A DNA stretch of 64,000 nt from positions 91,980-155,979 of IMG/VR virus record IMGVR_UViG_3300003316_000301; one strand, given 5' to 3'. This DNA comes from a virus. Taxonomy: Duplodnaviria; Caudoviricetes. A program made the translations under genes and the position numbers. Positions 38,207 to 45,803 of the stretch are shown piece by piece. Each line of letters begins with the position of its first letter. Position 1 is the first letter of the stretch. The notes under the pieces were generated by a model that saw nothing but the letters and a program-made list of their open reading frames with translations, had not been told where the DNA came from and ran no database searches.

Positions 38207-38243
38207 GGGGCCTCCTGGCGGGATCGTCTCTCTGGCGTCTCCG

Positions 38244-38273
38244 ACGATACACCCAGGATTGTTGGAGGGGCAA
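38244..38273 (-). promoter_or_regulatory. phage promoter TTGCCC-N18-TATCGT
   Basis: Spacer motif CCCAGGATTGTTGG; CGCCAGAGA at the predicted +1. Confidence 0.65.
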
Positions 38274-38420
38274 CCCCTACTGTTTTTAAAAACGCGAAGC
38301 CCCAGGTTTCCCTGGGGCCTCTTCGCGATGCGCCCTTCGCGGGGGTACGATCGCTGCGTGCTCGATCGGGACTGGCATCCCATCGAGCAGACCCGCCCAA
38401 CGCGAGCAGAACGGGCCTAC

Positions 38421-39362
38421 ATGAAGATGTCCTCCAACGCTACCGCAGCGACTCCCCCATTGCACGTTGACCTTGACGACATCAGGTCCGTGTTGCTGAA
38501 CTCCCCTGACGCGATCGTGGAATGCCGCATCGCGTTCGCCCTGTACCTGAACCCCGACCAGCGCGGCATGCGTGCCCTGGAGCGCTCGGCCGGGGTCGCC
38601 TTCAACTCCGTTCTGGAGACCCTCTCCCCCACGCAGTGGGGCCACTCCGAGCACCGGCTGATCCAGACGATCGATCGCGGGAAGTCCTGGGACGCCGAGG
38701 GTCGCGAGATCTCGGTCTACCGGCTTGCCGAATCGGTGCGGGAACGAGTCACTAACTGCTCTATCTCTAAGAGCCCTTCAGACCCTGTAGGTCTGAAGGG
38801 CTGGAACTCTGCTGGAGATAGTGACTCACTCGCGCACCGATTGGCCGTCCTGGACCCGGCCCTGGACCTGTGGAGCCGCAAGAAGGACTCGCTGGGCCCG
38901 GAGGGCTGGAGGATCGCGGTCATCACGGGCATGGAGTCCATGGACCTGTCGGCCAAGGAGTGGGCCGAGCTGGCCGGAGGGAGCGACAGGGCCAAGCGGC
39001 TGGCCAAGAAGCTCACCGAGTACGGCTGGGGCCTGCTCACGCGCACGGGCAAGGCCAGGGCGACCCGGTACCGGCTGGACTGGACGATGCTCCTGGACGA
39101 GCGCTTCGGGGATCTGCTGATGGACCTGCGCGGCCGAGAGGGGCGTCTCCTGCTCCAGCACGCCGAGGAGCAGCGCCGGATCACCCAGCCCCAGCGGCCG
39201 AACCGGGGACCGGCCATGGCCGACGCTCTGCTGGCCGAGCTGGACGGAACGGAGACGGCAGAGCACCGGGAAGGGATCGAGCGGTTGGCCGAGCTGTGGC
39301 GTACGGCCACGGCCGAGGACTGGAGCAGGTGGTCCGAGGACCCTGTCAGTGTGAGGGCCTAG
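38421..39362 (+). CDS. putative replication initiator (tandem HTH/wHTH protein)
   Basis: HTH GMRALERSAGVAFNSV and wHTH LSAKEWAELAG...L..YG.GLLTRTG...TRYRL; one of only two + strand genes; internal cruciform; start uncertain. Confidence 0.5.
   Translation: MKMSSNATAATPPLHVDLDDIRSVLLNSPDAIVECRIAFALYLNPDQRGMRALERSAGVAFNSVLETLSPTQWGHSEHRLIQTIDRGKSWDAEGREISVYRLAESVRERVTNCSISKSPSDPVGLKGWNSAGDSDSLAHRLAVLDPALDLWSRKKDSLGPEGWRIAVITGMESMDLSAKEWAELAGGSDRAKRLAKKLTEYGWGLLTRTGKARATRYRLDWTMLLDERFGDLLMDLRGREGRLLLQHAEEQRRITQPQRPNRGPAMADALLAELDGTETAEHREGIERLAELWRTATAEDWSRWSEDPVSVRA
38746..38827. repeat. nested inverted repeat inside the rep-like gene (candidate origin)
   Basis: 13-bp perfect stem 38772-38784/38790-38802, flanked by GAGTCACTA/TAGTGACTC; locally AT-enriched. 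Confidence 0.7.
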
Positions 39363-39432
39363 GATCCCCACCAAAGACGAAGGCCCGACACAGGGCCGGG
39401 CCTCCATCTACTGCTGAGCACGAGGAGCGTAC

Positions 39433-40329
39433 ATGACCGACCTGACCAGATCGAGCACCTCCCCCTTCGACGCGATCCGCCGCGAGGATGAGAACGGGGA
39501 GTACTGGCTCGCCCGGGACCTCCAGCCGCTGCTGGGGTACGCCCAGTGGCGCCGGTTCAACGACACGATCAACCGGGCCCGGGTCTCCGTGGCCGCCGCA
39601 GGCGGAGACGTCCGGCACCACTTTTCGCAGGTCAGCCAGGTTGCCGATGCTGGCAACCTGGGGACTCAGACCCGCTCGGACTTCCGGATGACCCGCTATG
39701 GGTGCTACCTGGTGGCCATGAACGGCGACACCTCCAAGAGGGAGATCGCCGACGCCCAGCAGTACTTCGCCGTCCAGACCCGCAGGGCCGAGGTGGCCGA
39801 GGAGCGCCCGGCCCTGCCCGGGACCTACCTGGAGGCCCTGAGGGCCCTCGTGGCCGAGGTGGAGGCCAAGGAGCGGGCCGAACTCCTCGCGGCCGAGAAG
39901 ACGGCCGAGGCGGACATGCTGAGGCCTCCTGCCGAGGCCTGGGAGACCCTCGCCGACACCGGCCAGGACTACTCGGTGAGGGAGGCGGCCTACATCCTGA
40001 AGCGGGACGCGGCCATCGCCGACCGTGTGGGACCCCGGCGCCTGTTCGACTGGATCGTGAGCCACGGGATGGCCCAGAGGAAGCCCACGGGGGCGTACGT
40101 GCCCTACGCGGACCACAGTGACCACCTGCGCCTGAAGCCCCAGTCCCGGCCCGATCACGAGTCCGGCGGCCTGAAGGAGGCCCACGCCCAGCTCCGGGTG
40201 ACCGTCAAGGGCCTGTCCTGGATCCAGCAGCGGATGCGCGAGGAGCTGAAGCCCGAGCTGGTTTCCGAGGGTCCCCGGGCCGAGGTGATCGACTTCACCG
40301 CGATCAGGACCGCGCCCCTGCGCCGGTAA
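39433..40329 (+). CDS. phage antirepressor (DinD/Bro-N-like N-domain plus KilAC/ANT C-domain)
   Basis: EYWLARDLQPLLGY..W..F, TRYGCYLVAMNGD..K.EIA.AQ.YFA.QTR, YSVREAA.IL, VTVKG. Confidence 0.88.
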   Translation: MTDLTRSSTSPFDAIRREDENGEYWLARDLQPLLGYAQWRRFNDTINRARVSVAAAGGDVRHHFSQVSQVADAGNLGTQTRSDFRMTRYGCYLVAMNGDTSKREIADAQQYFAVQTRRAEVAEERPALPGTYLEALRALVAEVEAKERAELLAAEKTAEADMLRPPAEAWETLADTGQDYSVREAAYILKRDAAIADRVGPRRLFDWIVSHGMAQRKPTGAYVPYADHSDHLRLKPQSRPDHESGGLKEAHAQLRVTVKGLSWIQQRMREELKPELVSEGPRAEVIDFTAIRTAPLRR

Positions 40330-40348
40330 CGCCGTGAGGGTGTTACCG
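40324..40348 (+). terminator. hairpin at the antirepressor stop
   Basis: CGGTAACGCC/GGTGTTACCG stem. Confidence 0.5.
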
Positions 40349-40398
40349 TGAGGGCCATAACATCCACGCCCCTGTTCCCAGGCGCGGTGTTCTGTCAG

Positions 40399-41181
40399 GC
40401 GAGAGCCCCTCGGACGTCACCGAAGGGCTCTCGCTGTTGGGTACGATCTGCGCACCCCCGGGGCCTGGACACACCCCGGGGGCTCCAGTGGGGACTGGGG
40501 AATGCAGAAAGGCCCCTCCGGTGCAAAACCCGCTCTCCACGAGTCGAGCGGGCCGGAGGGGCCTTCTGCGCTTCATTTCGGGACCGGGCGAACGCTTCTC
40601 CCAGGTTGGACGCCTGAGTTCTGCCCTCAGTCCGGAGTCCACCGACCAGGCACAGCCGGTGTATCTCGACAGACCTCTTGAACTCAGGTGCTCCCTGCGA
40701 CCTTTTCCGGGGCTGCGGGAGGACGTAACCCACAAGCGAGCCGGTTGTGCCAACAACCGGATGCCCCTCCCGGCGAGTGGAGTTGCAGACTCGCGGGGAC
40801 CTTTATTGTGACCGCCCTTGGCACGGCGGGGGAGGCCCTCTGGAGTTCAGATAAAGCCGAGGGCGGTCACACGCACTCCCGTTGAGGAGCGCTAGTGCAG
40901 GACCGGAGATTCGCACTCCGAACGGTCAGCCGGATCAACAGGGCATTCGGCTGCCGCGCGGCCGTAGGGCGGGTTCCTGTGCACCCATCGGGCCGTCCTG
41001 CTCCTCGTGCAATTTTGAGCGTTCCTGGTCGCCAAGCGGAGTTGGGGCTCCGCGAGGGACCGTCGTACAGCCCGTCCGGCCGCAGAGGTAGCCATCGGGG
41101 CACGAGGAGTGGCGCTCGACCTGTCCTACGAGTTCTGACGCGGGTCCTCGTTCTTGCCGCCATCCCCGGAAGGGGTTGACG
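40399..41181 (-). ncRNA. candidate large structured non-coding RNA with a tRNA-like module
   Basis: Consensus promoter directly upstream, no credible ORF or RBS, more than 12 helices, many with G-U pairs that work on the - strand, terminator-like hairpins at 40504-40569 and 40399-40434. Confidence 0.65.
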
Positions 41182-41187
41182 TCGTCA

Positions 41188-41217
41188 AGGTTACTACAAC
41201 GAATCCCGGGGAGTCAA
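41188..41217 (-). promoter_or_regulatory. phage promoter TTGACT-N18-TAACCT
   Basis: Close match to the promoter family; TTGAC-GTC-GTCAA palindrome at 41176-41188. Confidence 0.8.
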
Positions 41218-41219
41218 TT

Positions 41220-41495
41220 TCAGATCCGGGAGTCCTTGCAGCAGCACCAGCCGTCCATCTGGACCCCGAACCCCTCCCTCAGCTCATCGTCGCAGGAGAA
41301 GCAGCAGGGACCGATGTGGTGCCGGGAGGTGCACCAGAACCCGGAGAGGTCCTGGGAGCGGCTCAGGGCGGGCCAGAAGCGCCTGAACCACCGGAGCTGG
41401 GACGCGGGAGCCCACTTGGCCACCACGTCCGGCACACGGCCGCGTACGGGCTTGTGGACGGGCTCGTAGGAGGGGTCCTCCAGGGGCGCGGTCAC
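41220..41495 (-). CDS. small Cys-rich hypothetical protein
   Basis: GTGA coupling; C..HH..CC.SC...CCC. Confidence 0.6.
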   Translation of the reverse strand: MTAPLEDPSYEPVHKPVRGRVPDVVAKWAPASQLRWFRRFWPALSRSQDLSGFWCTSRHHIGPCCFSCDDELREGFGVQMDGWCCCKDSRI

Positions 41496-43042
41496 CCCTC
41501 CATCCCCTCGGTGAGCATCTGCTTGCGCATGGCGGCCGTCATGTACTCCTCGCCGGTGACTCCCCGGCCGAGCAGCTCGTCCGATTGCACATTGCCCCGC
41601 AGCATCGAGTACATCAGGCCGACCTCCACCGTCCGGCGGGCCAGCATCGAGCGCACGGTCACCGAGGGGCCGCCGGATCCGATCCGGCTCACCCGGTTCA
41701 GGCGCTGGGTGCGGATGCCGTACGTGGTCGCCATGTCGTACTCGACGAGGTAGGAGGCCTCGGGGACGTTGATCCCCCGGGCCCCGGCGTCCGAGGAGAG
41801 CAGCACCGCTCCCCCGGGATGGGCCTTGAAGGAGTCCAGCTCGTGGAGCATGAACACCCGGATGCCCGCCTTCGTCAGGGCCTCCGCGAGCCACGGGATC
41901 ACCGAGGGGCCGAAGAAGGTGAAGACCATGGCCTTGTCCTCCTGGTCCAGCACCACCGGCTCCAGATAGGCCACGAGGGCCTCTGTCTTGGCGCTGGAGA
42001 GGTTCAGGAAGTACTCCAGGCCGAATTCCTCCACCAGGCCCTTGGCGAGCTTGGAGGAGCCCTCCTGGGCGCTGTGGACGACCGCTCTGGGGTGAGCGCA
42101 GATCTGCCGCAGGGCCTGGAGCTGTCCTCCCACCCCGTCGAGCTCCTTGACGAGGTCGTAGAGCTTGCGCTGGTCGGCGTCCAGCTCCACCCAGAGGGCC
42201 TCCTCGGTCATCCGGGGGAACTGATCGATCACGTCGGCGTCCGTCTTGGACTTCGAGAGCATCAGCGGCTGGCAGATCGCCGCGAACTCCTCGGTGCGGT
42301 GGTCCCAGTAGCGGGCCTTGCCGTAGATGTCCCGGCCCCGCACGAAGTAGCTCTCGAACTCCTTGACCAGCGGCATGGACTGCGGCCTGAGCAGCCGGAG
42401 CTGGTTGAAGGAGTTCTCGTAGTCCTTGCGGATCGAGGTGGCCGTCATCATGACCGTGGGCAGGTTTTTAAAAACGCGCCTCAGGGTCTTCAGGGTGTGG
42501 TCGTACGCCTTGTAGGTGGCCGAGGTCCGGTTCGAGAGCTTGTCGGCCTCGTCGAAGATCACCATGGGGTGCGTTTGCTGGACCCTCTCCAGCAGCTCTC
42601 CGGACTCCACGGCCTTGCGGCGGTTGCGCATGACCGTCTTCACGAGGTCGGCCTTGCCGGTCTCGTACGTCGTGATCAAGACATCCGGGAGCGCTTCCTT
42701 AGCGAGCTTGTTCTTGCGCCCGGGACCGTGGTGGATGCGGACCGTGAGCTTCGTGAACCTCTCGAAGTCGTCCTTCCACTCCCTCAGCTTGTTCTTCTCG
42801 CACACGAGCAGCACGAAGTCCACCGTGTGGTCCTCGAACGCCAGGGCAGCGAGCTGCATGGCCGCGTGGGACTTCCCGAGGCCGGTGTCCCAGGCAAACA
42901 TCCACTCCGCCTGGGAGCCGTTCAGCATCCCCAGGTAGGCCTGGGCGACGTGCTCCGTCTGGAAGGGGTACAGGCCCCTCGGGGAGTAGTAGAGAGCCCC
43001 CTCGGGCCAGGCCGAGGGGGCTTCCAGAGTCTGTGCGGTCAC
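41492..43042 (-). CDS. SNF2-family helicase/translocase
   Basis: WDTGLGKS, FDEAD, MTAT, LRQICAHP, SDAGARGIN, QR..RV.RIG. Confidence 0.88.
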   Translation of the reverse strand: MTAQTLEAPSAWPEGALYYSPRGLYPFQTEHVAQAYLGMLNGSQAEWMFAWDTGLGKSHAAMQLAALAFEDHTVDFVLLVCEKNKLREWKDDFERFTKLTVRIHHGPGRKNKLAKEALPDVLITTYETGKADLVKTVMRNRRKAVESGELLERVQQTHPMVIFDEADKLSNRTSATYKAYDHTLKTLRRVFKNLPTVMMTATSIRKDYENSFNQLRLLRPQSMPLVKEFESYFVRGRDIYGKARYWDHRTEEFAAICQPLMLSKSKTDADVIDQFPRMTEEALWVELDADQRKLYDLVKELDGVGGQLQALRQICAHPRAVVHSAQEGSSKLAKGLVEEFGLEYFLNLSSAKTEALVAYLEPVVLDQEDKAMVFTFFGPSVIPWLAEALTKAGIRVFMLHELDSFKAHPGGAVLLSSDAGARGINVPEASYLVEYDMATTYGIRTQRLNRVSRIGSGGPSVTVRSMLARRTVEVGLMYSMLRGNVQSDELLGRGVTGEEYMTAAMRKQMLTEGMEG

Positions 43043-43338
43043 GCCGTCACCGTCGCTTCGTTCACCTCGAAGGTCCAGGAGACCTGCGCCAGTCCCCCGA
43101 CGGGGTCCAGGAGCTTGACGGCCACCAGGTCCTCGCCGCACTTCAGCTCCGCCGCGATGGGACCGGAGCCCATCAGCGGCAGGATCGCGATGAAGGTGAC
43201 GTGGTCCTCTCCGACGACCTTTCTCGCCTCCCCCATGTAGGGACCGGCGGTGATCGTCCAGGGTCCGGGATCGTGCAGGGCCCGTTCGATCTGCCGGGCA
43301 CGCAAGACCATGCGAGCGGCCACGTGATCGAGGCTCAT
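43039..43338 (-). CDS. hypothetical protein
   Basis: GGAGG RBS; coupled to the SNF2 gene. Confidence 0.65.
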   Translation of the reverse strand: MSLDHVAARMVLRARQIERALHDPGPWTITAGPYMGEARKVVGEDHVTFIAILPLMGSGPIAAELKCGEDLVAVKLLDPVGGLAQVSWTFEVNEATVTA

Positions 43339-43418
43339 GTCCGTCCCTCCCGTCCTTCTCCAGGAATTGTTCCTAGCAGGAGTTTAGCCAGACGAACGGA
43401 AGGCCGTCTACCACAAGA

Positions 43419-45803
43419 TCAGAATCCGAAGGGGAGCACCAGGAAGTCGGAGACCTTCGTCGTCTCCGTAATGCGATACCCGAATTTCACGCGAGTGGTC
43501 CAGGTGGAGTCGGTGAAAGTGGAGATCTGGGTTCCGTTGGCCCGGATGACGACGGAGGTCCCGTTGCAGTCGGCCTGGAGAAGCTGGCCCGTGGCCACCG
43601 GAGCGGAATGGGTCGCCACGGTGCCGGTGATGGTGTTCCCCGACGTCGAGTACACGTACCGGCGCCCGACCAGATACCCCTTCAGGGTCGCGACGGGCTG
43701 ACCGCCCACGACGGACTTCTCGTGCAGGCACCTCAGCATCAGGCCGGTGGCGTCGTCGTGCGGGTGGTAACCGCCGGAGTCCACGTAGGGCTGGAGGGTC
43801 TGGGACCCCGTGGTGAGCATGGCCCCGTCGATGTGCATGATCGCGGTGTTCGGGACCACCACCGAGTCGTCGTTGCAGTAGCCGACGGAGACCGCCGCAT
43901 TGATGGCTCCGGCAGGAGCCGTGGCCCCGATGTTCAGCCGGGTCCAGGTGTTCAGGGTGGGCGCATTCACGATCGACTTGCTCGCCGAGATGAAGTCCCA
44001 GGTGTTCGTGAACCACTCGATGATCACGCCGACCTTATAGTTCTGCTGAGGCCGCACGTGGACCGACCAGTTCACATTCGTACCGGCGGTCGTGGTGAAC
44101 ACGAAGGCGGTCCGGTTGTACGTTCCCGTGCCGCTCGGGGTGAGCTTCAGCGAGTAGTTGCCGAACTTGGCGTAGGTGTTGTCCTGGAGAAGACCGAGCC
44201 CTCCGTCCCAGGCGCTCCAGCCGTTCGTGTCCGTCTCGAACTCGGAATTCCAGATGGCATTGGTGCCGGTGGGGTTGTAGACGAACTGGCCCTGCACGAT
44301 GACGTCCGAAAGGGCCGCCGAGTAGATGCCGGGAATCCCCATCGAGGGGAAGGGGCCGTTCGCCGAGTTCAGGACGATCTTCGAGGAAGCGATCGTGAGA
44401 TCGTTGGTCGCCCGGTAGTCCGGGCTCGTCGGAGGCAGCTTCCACTGGAGGGCCTGGCCGGTCTCGGCGAACTCGATCCGGGTCCCGTCCGCTCCGTGGC
44501 CGCCCTCGTACACCTGGGGGATGTCGTTGGTGTAGATCAGCCCGAGCCGGGACAGGGCCTGCATGGTCGACGTCAGAACCGGCCGCGAGTAGTCCCCGGA
44601 GTTGTAGGTGATCTTCTGCCGGGTGGTCCCCGTCTGGCCGAAGAAGCCCAGGGTGGTCGTGGCGTTCTGGTAGGTCCGCTGGCCGTTGACCACGACGTCG
44701 CCCTTGGCCCTCAGAGCCATCCGGGTGACCGCGTTGCCCTGGAGCAGCGTGAGAGACGGGGAGAAGCTCGTGGAGTTCGTCCCCATGGCCATGGGTCCGA
44801 TGCCGCAGAACACGTCATCGGCGCTCGCCTGGTCCGAGGGGTCTCCGGCCAGGGTGATGTTCTTGCCCAGGGCGATCGGGTTCTGGGCCGTGGCCCAGGG
44901 GAGGTTGTTGTTCTGGGCCGAGTTCGCGTTGCCGATCACCGTGTGGTTCGGCCCGGCGCCGGTGGTCGTGGTGTGGTTCGCGCCGATCTTGACGGTGCCG
45001 GAGGCCCCCACCGAGGAACCGGGTCCGATCAGGACCGAGGTGGCCGCGTTGGCCGTGGCCGTGGAGAAGCCGCCCAGGACGGTCATCTCCCGGCCCAGGG
45101 AGGTCATGTTGACGGGACCGGCCACCGTGGAGGAGTACGTGGCGTCTCCGTCCCCGGAGGAGAGCACCGTGGCCATGTCGCCGGAGACGCCGGTGGAGTG
45201 GGCCACGATCCCCGCGATGCCGAGCACCGTGGAGGAGGCGCCGTTCAGCTCCGCATGGGGACCGAGCGCGCTGGATCCCGCCGACGAGGAGGCAGTGTTC
45301 TCGCCCGCGTGGTAGCCGATCCAGGTCTGGTAGGGGTTGAAGTCCGTCGGGGGCTCCCCGGTCAGGACCATGGAGCCCTTGGAGTCGCCCTCGTGCTCGT
45401 GGGTGCCCACGGGGTCGGCCACCCGGAAGGCAGCATGGCCCGGCTCCGCCGACATGAGCACGGCCGTGGTGTCCACTCCGTCGGCGCCGGTGACCATCAG
45501 GCGCCCGGGGGTGCGCACGATGACGTCCGCCGGGGGCAGGATGTCGATCCCGAACAGGTACACCTTGGTGTTGTCGGAGACCTCGGCGACGATGTTGACC
45601 CGCATGGGCTCGTCGGTCCATAGGTCGATGACCGCCGGGTCCACGAAGAGCGGGAACGAGATGGGGTTGCCGCCGTCCGCCTGCACGAAGACGTCGTCGG
45701 CCAGCGGGCCGCCGCTCGTCGCGTCGGTGAGGGTGACCGAGGCGTACGGGAAGACGTTGCCCGCGCTGTCCGTGATCGGCAGGTGGATGTGGCAGCGGCT
45801 CAC
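43419..45803 (-). CDS. tail fibre / receptor-binding protein with carbohydrate-binding-like domain
   Basis: Shared fibre N-domain, G/T/S-rich repeats, N..FE....GW CBM-like start. Confidence 0.7.
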   Translation of the reverse strand: MSRCHIHLPITDSAGNVFPYASVTLTDATSGGPLADDVFVQADGGNPISFPLFVDPAVIDLWTDEPMRVNIVAEVSDNTKVYLFGIDILPPADVIVRTPGRLMVTGADGVDTTAVLMSAEPGHAAFRVADPVGTHEHEGDSKGSMVLTGEPPTDFNPYQTWIGYHAGENTASSSAGSSALGPHAELNGASSTVLGIAGIVAHSTGVSGDMATVLSSGDGDATYSSTVAGPVNMTSLGREMTVLGGFSTATANAATSVLIGPGSSVGASGTVKIGANHTTTTGAGPNHTVIGNANSAQNNNLPWATAQNPIALGKNITLAGDPSDQASADDVFCGIGPMAMGTNSTSFSPSLTLLQGNAVTRMALRAKGDVVVNGQRTYQNATTTLGFFGQTGTTRQKITYNSGDYSRPVLTSTMQALSRLGLIYTNDIPQVYEGGHGADGTRIEFAETGQALQWKLPPTSPDYRATNDLTIASSKIVLNSANGPFPSMGIPGIYSAALSDVIVQGQFVYNPTGTNAIWNSEFETDTNGWSAWDGGLGLLQDNTYAKFGNYSLKLTPSGTGTYNRTAFVFTTTAGTNVNWSVHVRPQQNYKVGVIIEWFTNTWDFISASKSIVNAPTLNTWTRLNIGATAPAGAINAAVSVGYCNDDSVVVPNTAIMHIDGAMLTTGSQTLQPYVDSGGYHPHDDATGLMLRCLHEKSVVGGQPVATLKGYLVGRRYVYSTSGNTITGTVATHSAPVATGQLLQADCNGTSVVIRANGTQISTFTDSTWTTRVKFGYRITETTKVSDFLVLPFGF

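Noticed and set aside
40893-41001. Canonical tRNA gene
   Set aside because: No U8, no D-loop or 7-nt anticodon loop geometry, 106 nt long, ends ACUA; kept only as a tRNA-like module.
40343-41179. Short ORFs in the 40.3-41.2 kb gap
   Set aside because: No RBS, no GC3 bias, Arg/Pro/Gly-rich random-like translations on both strands.
40399-41181. + strand orientation, tmRNA or group I/II intron identity for the structured region
   Set aside because: Some stems have + strand G-U pairs, but the promoter, the T-loop and more numerous G-U stems favour the - strand. No tmRNA ends or tag ORF, no intron catalytic motifs and no interrupted gene were recognised.
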